DNA of 64,000 bases, from assembly GCF_006345805.1 (NCBI RefSeq), contig NW_021833280.1, positions 12,035-76,034 on the forward strand, written 5' to 3'. The translations under genes and the position numbers were made by a program. The DNA is from Octopus sinensis. Taxonomy: Eukaryota. Shown one piece after another: positions 39,700 to 53,200 of this stretch (position 1 is the stretch's first letter; each line of letters opens with the position of its first letter). The notes beneath the pieces were generated by a model that did no database searches, was not told where the DNA came from, and saw only the letters and a program-made list of their open reading frames with translations.

Positions 39700-42600
39700 A
39701 TGGTCAAGATTGGTTGTGTGAATGCGCGTGGCTTGGGGTCTCCTTGGAAACAAGGATACCTCCTAAATGACATCAAGTCACATGATTGGGAATCATAGCC
39801 ATAAGTGAGACCAGACTCCACGAGCCACGGGCCCTAAAGTCCATGTTTGGCGGACAGTTTAACATTTATTTCGCTCCCTGTCTGCCGAGGATGGGCGGTA
39901 GTGGCACCGCGGTACTTTTTCACAAGAGCCTGGATCTCGAAGTCAAGACGATATTCGTAGACCCGGAGGGTAGACTGATCGTTCTGGATGTTGACGGCAG
40001 CAATGGGTGCGCTTTTCGACTCGTATCAGTCTACGCACCGGGCGGATTTCTTTCGACGTCTAGAAGTATTCTTGGGAACGTCTCGTCCTTTACTCTTAGT
40101 GGGGGATTGGAATGTACCTTGGACACGCATGTAGACTACGTGGGTAGAGACAGAAACAGAAGGGGATGCAAATGCCTCAGAGACCTGCTCAGACGATTCC
40201 ACTGTCTGACAGGTACCGACTCGACCACCCAAATGCACCAACGTGGACATGGAGCAACCGCAGTGGGTCGTCGAGATCGTATCTAGATAGGATACTGTGT
40301 AGGACAGTAGACAAGGATAACTTAGGATGTCCACAATTCCACACAGTCAGCTACACGGATCACAAATTGGTGACGTGTACGCTAGACTTAGATAAGGCAC
40401 ATAGACAGGGTCCTGGGTACTGGAAACTGAACGCATCATTCCCGTCCAGACAAGTTTTCAGAGACCGGATTAGCACACTAGTAAAGAGGGAGCCATCATC
40501 AACAACAAATGGTGGTTTGCCCTCAAGAGAGCAGTAAAAGCAGAAGCGATTAGGTACAGCAAAGCACTAGCCATAGATAGAAATAGAGTAGAGGGTGAGC
40601 TAGTTAAGAAGCTAGAAGAGGCAATTAGAAGCGGCATCGCATCCGACGTTTTGGCGGCGAGGTTGGCCCTCGACCAACACTTCAACGCCAAACACGAAGG
40701 ATGTGCTGTCAGAGCTAGGATGCGTGCTCTAAGGAACGAAGGTGTTGGAGCCGCGAGAGAGGCCCGGGTGGCAGAGGCGCAACAGGGCAACAAAGCCACC
40801 ATTCGGTCACTGGTAGATGAACAGGGGCGCGAATTGCTCGAGCCAAGTAAAATGTGTGAGGCCTTTCAGCAGCATTTTGCCCGACTGTTCGGGACGAGTG
40901 GAGGGCAAGAACGTAGGGTAGACTTCAGTGCCTACCTACATAGCCTGCCACGACTCTCGACAGGGTGCTGCGAAGGTGCCATCACGGCGGCGGAAGTGCG
41001 GGAAGCGATGGCAGAATGCTCGAGGGACAAATCACCGGGTTTGGATGGTCTACCCTACGAATTTTACTATTGTATGCCAGACTTGTTTGGAGACGTCTTG
41101 GCAGCGGTATACTGCAACTGGCAGCAAAACGGGAGCATACCCGGTTTTGTGAGTCGAGGAGCTGTAACTCTGCTGAAGAAAGATCCAAAGAAGGGAAACA
41201 TTATAGATAACTTTAGGCCAATCACTCTGCTCAATGCAGACCTGAAAATTTTGACAAAGTGTTAGCCAAGAGGTTGGCGCTTGTCATGGAGAAACTGGTC
41301 GACACGCACAAAAACGTGCCTCCATCTGATGCGCTACATCATAGACAGGGTAGTTAACGAACCTGGCATGGGTGGCCCTGATCAACTTGGATCAATCGAA
41401 AGCCTTTGATAGGGTAGACCATCGATACTTGGAGGCAGTCCTGAGAGCGGCTGGTTTCGGTCCCGTCTTCCGCGGCTGGATAGCTGCCTTGTACAGAGGC
41501 ATCCGTTCGGTAATTCGCGTAAATGGACATCTATCGAGACCCTTCGACATTGCACGTTCGGTCCGTCAGGGATGCCCCCTCTCGGCGCTTCTATACGTAT
41601 TGACTCTTGAGCCACTACTGCGGAAGCTGGCGACTCTGAGGGGCATCCCGCGAGAATTAGGATGCGGGACGAGCGTGTCTGCATACGCGGACGACGTCAC
41701 CGTCATAGTGTCAAGCCACGAGCACATCGAGCGGGTCGGCGAGACACTGAAAGACTACGAAGCGGTGACAGGAGCAAAAATCAACCGGAAAAGTCAGTGG
41801 GCTTGCGGCTCGGCACCTGGAGAAGCAAGCCCATGCCGTCCACCAGTACCTCCGTCGTGGGACGCTGGACAGACGGCCCGGTTGAGTTGCTCGGGGTCTG
41901 GTTCGGTCCGGACCTCCAAATGGAGAAGAACTGGAACGAGATAACGAGTAGGGTGGTCACTCTCGCCCAGCAATGGGCCGAGAGGAAACTGTCCCTAAAA
42001 GGTCGGGCGGAGGTGGTGAACGCGTACATCGCGTCCATCATCTACTACCGCCTGACCGTCGTACCTTGTCCCGACCCTACCATCACCAAACTAGAACGCA
42101 TCCTCTTCCGCTTCTTGTGGAAAGGATGCGTCCCGATGGTCAGGCGATCCATTTGCTGTCAACACCCGTTAAAAGGAGGGCTGGGCATGCCGTGGTTGAT
42201 GATGCGCAGACACGCGCTGAGACTGCGACATCTCCGGCTCTATGTAGACGACGGTGAACAGGTGTGGTCGCCGTTTGTGAGGCACGCATTCCCGCAACTC
42301 GTCTCCATGACCGAACTACAGTCGTGGATCAAAAAGAGGCCGAAGAAGGGCGAATGGCACCGCGAGTGTCGCGTTGCTCTCAAGCAACTCTGCCGTCCCG
42401 GGTCGACCTTGAGTGACTTCAACACAACCAAAGCATTCTATAGGGGATTAGTGGAGGGGAGGTACGACGACGAGCTCGGGGCAAACCTGGGCGTCGACGA
42501 GGAATACCTGACCCGCCTGTTTCAAACGACTTTCGGCCCGGGACCTATGGACAACTTCCAGAGATCCCTGGCCTGGCGGTGCTACCGAGAAGCGCTACCC

Positions 42601-43067
42601 GTTCGGGATAAGCTCTATAGGCATGGCTCGAGAAACACGGGCCGACCTGCCCGAGATGCGGGCAGAGCGACGAAACCGCTCTGCACGCAATCGTGCAGTG
42701 TCCAGCAATTTCCCACCTGTGGGCTTATGTCGAACGACTGCTGTCACGTGTGGGACGTGTCGGTTTATCAGCCGAGTCTATCGTTAATATCGTCACGCCT
42801 CCTTCCTTCAAACGGGAAGGAAGAGCTATTTTTATCATACTTGTGGCTATGGCGAAAGAATGTATCTGGTGGACGCGTCTGAAAGGATTAGAGACAAACA
42901 CTTTCCTCTCTGGTCAATCTCTCATCAACTTCTTCAAGTATCACTTGAAGAAAAAAGTGAGAGTAGAGAGGCAAGTTTTGTCTAGTGAATGTTTTAAAAA
43001 AAGATGGGTGAATGTAGCAAGGATGGCACGTATGAATGACGAAGCCACCTTGACTATGATTCTATGA
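39700..43067 (+). pseudogene. Tx1 ORF2 (APE endonuclease, reverse transcriptase, CCHC) with several frameshifts
   Basis: MVKIGCVNARGL, IAISETRL, PGYWKLNAS, KSPGLDGLPYEFY, NFRPITLLNADLKI, LDQSKAFDRVDH, SVRQGCPLS, AYADDVT, CPRCGQSDETALHAIVQC. Confidence 0.92.
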
Positions 43068-43424
43068 ACCGTAAAAATTAATACAGAGAGTTGCTTATTT
43101 GCAAAAAAAAAAAAAAAAAAAAAGATAAAATTGTGACTTCATTGACCGAGGTTACCGTGGTCTTTTCGTAGGCTTTTCTTTCCACGGGTAAACCTCACCT
43201 GTCCTCCCCTTTACACTTCATATTGACATTTCTGTGATAACGATCCCTATGATCAATTTTTTTCTCTCCCCTTTTTTTTTTAACCCCCCCCCTTTTTGTC
43301 CTCTTTCTCTCCTTTTACGATCCCTTTTGATCGACCCCCCCTTTTTTTTTTAACCTCAAAAGAAAAGCTCTACCTTGTAATTTGTTCTATCTGTGTGCAG
43401 CCCTGTGTGGCTAATAAAGAAACA

Positions 43425-43501
<77 letters not shown>

Positions 43502-44445
43502 CTATCTATACTATCTATCTATCATCTACATAATACATACATAAATTACATGCATACATATATATATATATATTATTTAATATATATATATAATATAATA
43601 TTAAGTAGAGACAAAACACTATTTTGCAAAACAAACAAGGAAAGACTTAATCAATACATAAAATTTTATAAAAAGTCAAAAAAACCGCAACTACAATTGT
43701 TTCTGTCGTGATCGACAATCTAATATATATATTAGCTGCTGAAGAGGGGTTTTCTTTGTGTAATTGTCCTGTATTCTATTTTTTTGTTGTTTTAAATATA
43801 TGTCCAGTTCCTTTGGTTGTGTCTATGTTTTCGTTTCTCATTGTTTCGACGTCCTTTGGGTGTCCTGTACTCATAAATGCGTGTATATGTACATGTAGAG
43901 GTAGTATGTACATATATGTTTATATATATGCATATGTTTTTTTATTTATTAATATATTATATATATATAATAATATATATATATATACACGCACACACAC
44001 ATACACACACATACACACACACATAAGTAGTCAGTTACTCTAACTAAAAGAACCCTAACCTCTGTCTTCCGTTCTATAAAAATGTCTGCGCTTGTGTCGT
44101 GTTGAAGGTAAAATGACGAAGAGCGCAGCATTGAATGTCGAAAATGTCATACGCCATGCCGTTCGATGCTAAACCATATGAAATTCTAATAAATCATTTT
44201 CCAAAGTGTCATGTCCATCACCCCGATATATGCACCCGATTGAGGTGTATTTATGTACCCGATAGAAGAGGTGATGTAAACCTTTGCGTTCAAAGACACC
44301 GACGCATATTTGAAGAGTGCTTAGTGCAGTTTAGGTGCTGACATATATACATACATGCATATATATATATGTGTATGTGTGTGTACATATGTACATATAT
44401 GTACATTCATGGATACGTATATTTATATGTATATAAGTCTGTATG

Positions 44446-44516
<71 letters not shown>

Positions 44517-44732
44517 CTAACTATATATATGTGTGTATATATATGTATGTATGTATATATATATATGTGTATATATATGTATGTATATATATATATCTAA
44601 CTCTATATATGTGTGTATATATATGTATGTATGTATATGTATATGAATATATGTATATATGCATGTATATATATGTATGTATATATATATGTATATATAT
44701 AAATATATATATATGCATACATACATAAATAC

Positions 44733-44786
<54 letters not shown>

Positions 44787-45113
44787 TATATATATAATAT
44801 ATATATATATATATTATATATATATATATATATATGAACCAAAGCAGAAGTGATACGACGTAAAATCCGTTAATTGATCGATCGGTGGCGGAATTGGTTG
44901 CAACCGGGTGTGAACGTTTTACACCCGTCTAACTTCAGAAAGAAATAATCGGGAAGAACTAAACCATGAAACGACATTTGTGGAGAGGTCAACCGGTGCA
45001 GATATTGCAAAATATGTCAGATTTGCTTTATAAATACCCCTATGGGTACTATAATCCTTGTCTTCACCCCTTCCTCATTTTGAACATCATCATCATCATC
45101 GTCGTCGTCGTCG

Positions 45114-45146
<33 letters not shown>

Positions 45147-45505
45147 CCATCATCATCGTCCCCACCGCCACTATCACCACCGTCCATCATCTTCATTAGC
45201 AATATCAACTTCATCACGATCAACGTCATCATACACATCAGCATCATCATCATTATCATTATCATAATGATGATGATCATCGGCATCATTTTCATAAACT
45301 TCCCCCTACCACCACCACCACCACCAGCACTATCATCATCATCATCAAAGTGCATCACCACACGACAAGGGTGCAACAAGTCCTGGAGTTTGCTTCCCCC
45401 TCCCCTACCGAATACGATGGTGGGACAAGCAAGACATTGTTATTGGAACCTTCCTTAACCCTTCTCAAAATTCCTGTGGTTCCTTGCTGTTTCTCTCTCA
45501 TCACA

Positions 45506-45584
45506 CTGCCCAGTGGCTAGATCGTTGCGTCGTTTCTGCCCAGTGGCTAGATCTCTGCCACTGCCCAGTGGCTAGATCGTTGCG
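45506..45584. repeat. Three copies of the 18-mer CTGCCCAGTGGCTAGATC
   Basis: Copies at 45506, 45536 and 45561 with unequal short spacers. Confidence 0.9.
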
Positions 45585-46310
45585 ATCCCAGTACAACACT
45601 CTAGGTGTTATATCTAAGTGTGAAGATCTCATTCATATCAACGGCGACACAAGAGGGGCACGTGTCACAAAAACTTATTTTGAAAGCTAACATTGTTGTG
45701 TGGACCAGCGGATATTGGCACCGTAGAATAGAATGCTGATAACAGCAAACATAAGTACTATAGGACAATGTGGTTACTCTAACTAAAAGAAATGGCAACC
45801 AAAATTTTCCTCAAATTCCATTCCACCTTCTGAAATGAGGATGTATTCCATGATGTAGTTATAAAAGAATTAAATATGAAAAAATAATATCGATGGGATG
45901 CTCCTGGCTGGAATGTTTTTTATCATAACTCTGCTGGGTCAGAGCGGAATTGGAGACAAAAAAATAAAAAAAAGGAGAAGTAGCAGCAGAAGTAATAGTA
46001 GCAACAACAGAGAGAGCATTTCTGCGGAAGCATCGACATAGTTTTCGGTCTTCTACCAAAGCCTGCTAATCTAGGAATTGACAGTATTCTACGGAACACA
46101 CAACTTGCTGTCTGGTGTTCTTCAGGCAGGAACGAAATCATCAGTTCTTTTTCCCCAATCAAATTCTTACGCTGTATATGCAAATATGACACAACAACAA
46201 CAACGACAAAAATAATGATGATGATGACGATGGTGATGATGATGGTCACTCCCGTCGATTTCGACCTATGAATTTTGAAGGAGTGGCTTTAAAAAATACA
46301 TACTAATACC

Positions 46311-46544
46311 TATTTCTTTACTACCCACAAGGGGCTAAACACAGAGAGGACAAACAAGGACAGACAAATCTGATTAAGTCGATTATATCGACCCCAGTGC
46401 GTAACTGGTACTTAATTTATCGACCCCGAAAGGATAAAAGGAAAAGCCGACCTCGGCGGAATTTGAACTCAGAACATAAAGACAGACGAAATATGGCTAC
46501 GTATTTCGCCCGGCGTGCTAACGTTTCTGCCAGGTCGCCGCCTT
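46311..46544 (-). mobile_element. SINE-B, full length, perfect 16-bp TSD
   Basis: AATACATACTAATACC at 46295-46310 and 46545-46560. Confidence 0.92.
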
Positions 46545-46569
46545 AATACATACTAATACCATCTCCCTA

Positions 46570-48430
46570 TCCAGCTGAGGTGGTTTTGAGAGAATTTAAA
46601 GAGGGATATTGTTAGGAAATGGAGTGGGAGAGATTAAACACCCACAGTGCATGGACGATTTAAAGCCTTAATGAGAAAATGAAGATCAACTTAACATATT
46701 GGTGAACACAGTAAGAATTGTCACGAATGACAGAGACATGGAATTTGGTATCAATAAATGTGCCATTCTGACATTGAAGAGGGGAAATGCAAAGCAGTGT
46801 GGAGGAATTAAACTGCCAAATAATCAGGCAATGGAAATTCTCGAGAGTTTGGGAATCAGATACCGTCAAAACAGAGAAATAAAGGAAACCATTTTAAATG
46901 AGTTCTTCAGAGGCACCAAGTTAATATTGAAGTCTAAGTTAAATTTTGGTGACTTTGTAAAGGTAATAATTTCGAGATTTGCATCAGTTGTAAGGTATGT
47001 GTCAGGGAAATTGGAAAAAAGAACTGGACGAAGAACAGCATGATATTGAGAGAAAAACTTGGAAAATAATGGTAACTTTGCATAAAAGGGTAGATGTGGA
47101 CGGAATGTACAGGGATTGTAAAAATGGAGGTAAGGGATTGATTATTTTGGAGGATTCTGTGAATATGGAAGGGGAAAGTCTCAATCAGTTAAAGAAAGAA
47201 CTGAAGAATTGTTAGCAGCGGTGAAGAATGCAAACATACAAAGAGAAGGACAAAAAAAAAGAAAAAAAAGATTAAATACTTGAAGAAGGAAGCGAAGTTA
47301 TATGGGAAAAAAAACAACATTTGCAGCCTCAGTTTATGAAGAATGCTGAAGTGGAAAGAAGCGAAGATACATGGAATCGGTTGGAAAAGGGGATTCTCAA
47401 AGAAGCAACAGAAGGATTAATCGTGGAATCTCAGGATCAAACCCTGTGAACAAACAGCACAAAGTGTATATAGCAGGAGTTAATGTGTTGGCATTAAGCA
47501 GGTTGTGTGATGAACGAGGAGAAACAGTGAACCACTAAACATGTGAATGTTCTAAACACACCCAGAAATGGTACAAATCTTGGAAACATAATAATGTTGC
47601 GAAGATCGTGCACTGGGAAATGTGTAAGAATAATGGATTTCCGTCCGGACACGAGTGGTATGAACACGCACCAGAAATAGTGATCCTGAATGATGAATTA
47701 AGTTTCTTGTCCTAGAGTATAACAGACCAGATATTTTTGTGTTTGAGAAGAGAGAGTGGACTTGCTAGTTAGTTGATGTGGTCAGTCCATTTGATACAAG
47801 AATAAAAATATATATATAAAGAAGATAGCTATATAGGCGCAGGAGTGGCTGTGTGGTAAGTAGCTTGCTTACCAACCACATGGTTCCGGGTTCAGTGTCT
47901 TCTACTATAGCCTCGGGCCGACCAAAACCTTGTGAGTGGATTTGGTAGACGGAAACTGAAAGAAGCCCGTCGTATATATGTATATGTATACATATGTGTG
48001 TGTGTGTGTTTGTGTGTCTGTGTTTGCCCCCCCCCCCCAACATCGCTTGACAACCGATGCTGGTGTGTTTACGTCCTCGCAACCTAGCGGTTCGGCAAAA
48101 GAGACCGATAGCATAAGTACTAGGCTTACAAAGTAATAAGTCCTGGGGTCGATTTGCTCGACTAAAGGCGGTGCTCCAGCATGGCCACAGTCAAATGACT
48201 GAAACAAGTAAAAGAGTAAAGAGTAATATACTAAGACATGAAGAGAGAGATTGTTGTATTGCAGAGTAAGTGAAGTCTTACCAATTGTGATTGGAGCTTA
48301 AGGAACGACGGCGAAGAGGTTCAAGGATGGACAGACGAGATAGGCTTGCAGAAGCATATAGAATACATACAAGTTTGTTAGGAAAAGCGAAGATCAAGGC
48401 CCTCAAAGTGCGAGCGATGATCTGCGAATA
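46570..48430 (+). pseudogene. R4/Dong-like non-LTR retrotransposon, 3' part, decayed and interrupted by SINE-A
   Basis: MDDLK, VNTVRIVTND.MEFGINKCA.L.LKRG, LILKSKLN, LHKRVDVD.MY...KNGGKGL, RLCDERGETVNH..CEC...HNNVAKIVHWEMC, PIVIGA.GT. Confidence 0.8.
47832..48226 (+). mobile_element. SINE-A inserted in the R4/Dong relic
   Basis: Head with small deletion, internal (TA)(TG) tract, CR1-like tail with AAAGAGT repeats. Confidence 0.9.
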
Positions 48431-49371
48431 ATGTTTATCATCGAAGAGTAGGCCATGGCAGGATTTGAACTTTTAATGTAAAGAATCAGACAAAAACCAA
48501 CATTACAGAACGATACGTGCAACATTGTAATGTTTAACGTTTCCGAGAATCATGTCTGGTATCTTATTTAACGACCCAGGAAGACTGAAAAGCAAAGCTA
48601 ACCTGGTGAGATTTGAACACAGAACGTATAGTATGAGAATGCATTTCATCTGGCAATCTACTGGTTCTGCTAATTCGTTTCCTGTTTCTTGGGAATCAGA
48701 TAACATTCGGTGACCATGGAGATGACCATCTCTTAAATCCGATGATGAGCGAGGGGCGGTGCCATCCAGTGTAATTACACAGAATCATATAACGTCGTCG
48801 GAGGAATGGCTGAAGCTCACAGAAATATATTCAACGTGTCACAGCGTAACCCGCTGGCATTTTGATCTCTGTTGACAACGCTTCCCGAAAACTTGAAGCA
48901 ACAGTATTATACAGGCATTCCATAGACTCATACATACACACACAAACACACGTAAGCACGCACATGCATATACGCATGCATTAATAAATATTTGCAACCA
49001 ACCATGCATCCATATACGCATAGAAACATACACGCATATTTGCATCTAGACATAACCACGTATGCACACACACATAATTTGTATTCGCACAGAAACGTAT
49101 ATATTACATACATACTAAGTTACATAACAGCAATTTCACATACTCGCTTACACACGTGTACATACATACATACATACATTACATACATACAAACCTACCG
49201 ACATTATCTATATACACATATACATACATGCATGGATACATACTTATAAGCAAACACCCATAAATATATACGTATAGTCATACATACACAATGCATATAT
49301 ATATACTTCCATAAATTTATGAATTCATGTGTACAGGCATACATTACATAATGCGCGTATACATACGTAGG

Positions 49372-49970
49372 CACAAACGTGGCTGTGTGGTAAATAGTTT
49401 ACCTCCTAACCACGTGGTTCCGGGTTCAGTCCCACGGCGTGGCAACTTGATCAAGGGTCTTCTACTATAGCCTCGATCTGGCCAAAGCCTTGTGATGAAT
49501 TTGGTAGACGGAATCTGAAGGAAGCTCGTTTTGCCTTTCATCCTTTCGGGGTCGATAAATTAAGTACCAGTTACGCACTGGGGTCGATGTAATCGACTTA
49601 ATACCTATGTCTGTCCTTGTTTGTCCTCTCTGTGTTTAGCCCCTTGTGGGTAATAAAGAAATAGGTATATATATATATATATTATATATATATATATATA
49701 TAAAACTATCTGCCTGTCTGTCGGACTGTCTGTTATATGTGTATGTATGTTTGTGTCTTTGCCTTAGTGTTTGTACCCCACCACTGATAGACAACTGATG
49801 TTTGTTTTTGTTTTGTTTTTTTTCATCTCAGTAACTTAGCGGTTCGGCAAAAGGGGCCGATAGAATAAATAGTAGGCTTTAAAAAATTAAGTCCTGGAGT
49901 CGATTCATTAAACTAAAAATTCTAGAATTTGGCGCCCTAGCATGGCCGCAGTCTAATGAGTGTAACAAGC
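49372..49970 (+). mobile_element. SINE-A split by a 5'-truncated SINE-B (49529-49665)
   Basis: SINE-A head 49372-49528, SINE-B 3' half, microsatellite, then SINE-A tail ~49760-49970. Confidence 0.8.
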
Positions 49971-50355
49971 AACAGCAAAGATGAAAGAAAAATACACACA
50001 CAGATGCATATATGCATAAATACATAAATACATACAAACATGCGTGTATGCATGCATACTTATGTACATACATACATACATACATACATACATACATACA
50101 TGCATACATACATACATACATACATACATCCGCAGCTCGAAGCGACAAAACGCATATTTGTCGTGAGAGACCATTTATCGAAAATACGATGAATACTATC
50201 TCCATCTTTGGAGCCACAACTATCAGCCCCGGGTAAATAACTGGTTAATCTTGAGATGAATCAACTATGGGAGCCTTTTGTACAAGGTCGTAGGGGTTTT
50301 CGACCGAAACTTGAATTTACCAAGCAGAGACATGGCTGGAAACATCAGCAACGCC

Positions 50356-50608
50356 AGTGGAGGCACAATGGCCCAATGGTTAGGGCAGCGGACTCGTGGT
50401 CGGAGGATCGTGGTTTCGATTCCCAGACCAAGAGTTGTGTGTGTTTATTGAGCGAAAACACCTAAAGCTCCACGAAGCTCCGGCAGGGGGTGTTGGCGAC
50501 CCCTATTGTACTCTTTCGCTCCAACTTTCTCTCACGAATAGCAAAGGACCACATATCGGACTTCTCCCACTACTGGGACGAAGACTGCTTCGCTCAACAA
50601 ACAAACAA
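50356..50608 (+). mobile_element. tRNA-derived SINE, family C, copy 2
   Basis: Complete head TGGAGGCACAATGGCCCAATGGTTAGGGCAGCGGACTC...GGTTTCGATTCCC; internal deletion relative to copy 1; ATCAGCAAC on both flanks (50344-50352 and 50609-50617). Confidence 0.8.
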
Positions 50609-50729
50609 ATCAGCAACACTAAAACCGAAGAACAGATTGAAAACAACAGCTGAACAGGTAAACCGATTATTTCTAGCTATCGTTGTGGATAAAACCGTAA
50701 ATCTTTTTGGAGTTATATATGAGCATGTC

Positions 50730-51574
50730 AAGGCGTCGAGATGGCAGAAACGTTAGCACGCCAGGCGAAATGCTCCGTGGTATTTCGTCTGTCTTTACGT
50801 TCTGAGTTCAAATTCCACCGAGGTCGACTTTGCCTTTTATCCTCTCGGGATCGATAAATTAAGTACTAGTTGCATACTGGGGTCGATCTAATCGACTGGC
50901 TCCCTCCCCCAAATTTCGAGCCTTGTACTTAGAGTAGAAAAGAATATTTATAAGGCGACGAGCTGGCAGAATCGTTAGCACGCCGGGCGAAATGCTTAGC
51001 GGTATTTTGTCTGCCGCTACGTTCTGTGTTCAAATTCCGCCGAGGTCGACTTTGCCTTTCATCCTTTCGGAGTCGATTAAATAAGTACCAGTTACGTACT
51101 GGGATCGATGTAATCGACTTAATCCGTTTGTCTGTCCTTGTTTCCCCCCCTCTGTGTGCAACCTCTTGTGGGTAGTAAAGAAATAGGTATTTCGCCTGTC
51201 TTTACGTTCTGAGTTCTAATTCACCGAGGTCGAATTTGTGTTTCATCCTTTCGGGGTCGATAAATTAAGTACTAGTTGCATACTGAGGTCGATCTAATCG
51301 ACTGGCCCCCTCCCCCAAAATTTCGAATCTTACCTAGAGTAGAAAAGAATATTTATAAGGCGGCGAGCTGGCAGAAACGTTAGCATGCCGGGCGAAATGC
51401 TTAGCGTATTTCGTTTGTCTTTACGTTTCGAATTCAAATTTCGCCGAGGTCGACTTTTCTTTTCATCCTTTTGGGGCCGATAACTTACGTACCGGTCGCG
51501 TACTAGAGTGGATCTAATCGACTGGCCCACTCCTTCAAAATTTCGGGCCTTCTGCTTAGAGTAGAAAAGAATAT
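50730..51574 (+). mobile_element. Head-to-tail cluster of four SINE-B-type units with two alternative 3' tails
   Basis: Units ~50730-50950, 50951-51185, 51186-51355 (headless) and 51356-51574. Confidence 0.85.
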
Positions 51575-52157
51575 GTGCTTGGTTGTGTGTGCAGTGAGCG
51601 GGCGCGCGTCTGTGTGTGTGTAGGTGCGCGCGCACGTGTGTTAAAACTTGAGACGATGAATCACCAGCTTGTCTTAATAAGTAATTAATTATGAATTATG
51701 AATTGGTCTTGCACCAGTGCAGAGCGATGACGTCAGTGGCGTTTGATGGGGAACCTGACCTGAGGACCTGAGGGTGAGAGAGAGAGAGAAGAGAGAGAAG
51801 AGAGAGAAGGGTAAAGAGCAAAAAAGAGAAAGCGAGAGAGAAAGAGGGAGAGAAAATGAGAAAGAAAGACAGAGAGAGAGAGAGAGAGAGATCGCGCACT
51901 GTAGAGAGGATCGAAAAGAGGAGGGAAATGAGGAGGAGAGTAGAGGGGAGAGGAAGGGAGGCGGGACGTGTGAAAGAAGTCCAGATGTTTGTCATCAAAC
52001 GTTGAAGTTAGATTTGGGAGAAGACAATATTAGTTGCAGTTGATGTGTGCAAGCATTACATGCAGCGTTGCACAGTAGACGCAGTTCGTCTGAGCAGTTG
52101 TTCGTGTCGAAGAATTTACATACATACACCCATGCACTCCTGCACGTACATACATAT

Positions 52158-52350
52158 ATCTTCTTCTTCTTCTTGTTCTTCTTCTTGTTCTCCTTCTTCG
52201 TGTTCTTCTTCTTCCGCTTCTTCTTCTTCTTCTTCTTCTTCTTCTTCTTCTTCTTCTTCTTCTTCTTCTTCTTCTTCTTCTTCTTCTTCTTCTTCTTCTT
52301 CTTCTTCCTTTTTTTTCTTCTTCTTCTTCTTCCCCTCCTCCTTCTTCTTG
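52158..52350. repeat. (CTT)n microsatellite
   Basis: Direct reading of the sequence. Confidence 0.95.
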
Positions 52351-52899
52351 AGTGAGAGAGCTATGCATGCCACCAAAGTGACATTGGGATACAAATATAC
52401 GCAACCCAATATACCCATCATGACTACCCGTCTGATAAGGGTACACTAAGCACATGCATCACAACCATATGTGCGCGACATGGTGATCTCACATCAAGAT
52501 AAACAGCACATGGCCTTGCTGGTGGGACCCAGTTAAAAGTTTCTTCAAGTCGATAGCTCATCCCTCTCGAAAGGTCCCTAAATAAGGGTTGTTTATGGAC
52601 ATTGAACAAAACACTCACGTTTACCGAGGTGAATTATCCAAACCTCAAAATAATTCCTCTCAACACATGGCTATGGTTCTCCCCACTACTCCTGCTCATG
52701 ATCAGAGATGCACATATTGTCAGCCATCAAGGAAGATTCTCAACTGGTTAAGGGCAAACAACTGATAAGCAAATCTGACAAGAATATTTACTGTTGCGCA
52801 TCTTTTATTCCAAGACAAAACAATGTACATGATAACAGTTCCAGTCAGTTAAGATCAGAAGCCATGTGGGCCACTGCTTGGTGCTACGTCAGGGCATTA

Positions 52900-53200
<301 letters not shown>

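Larger units (their letters stand above)
37338..43423 (+). mobile_element. Tx1/L1-clade non-LTR retrotransposon, probably full length (~6.1 kb), flanked by (ATCT)n
   Basis: 5' UTR, ORF1 with CCHC knuckle, APE-RT-CCHC ORF2, and a T/C-rich 3' UTR ending AATAAAGAAA; (CTAT)n directly at ~37170-37337 and 43424-43525. The 5' boundary is inferred. Confidence 0.85.

Noticed and set aside
43733-43765. CUGAAGA-GGGG possible hammerhead start
   Set aside because: No downstream stem II complement or GAAAC; at best a deleted relic.
45506-45584. Repeat-spacer pattern resembling a mini CRISPR array
   Set aside because: Only three 18-bp repeats; spacers of 12 and 7 nt that partly repeat flanking sequence; eukaryotic context; no cas genes.
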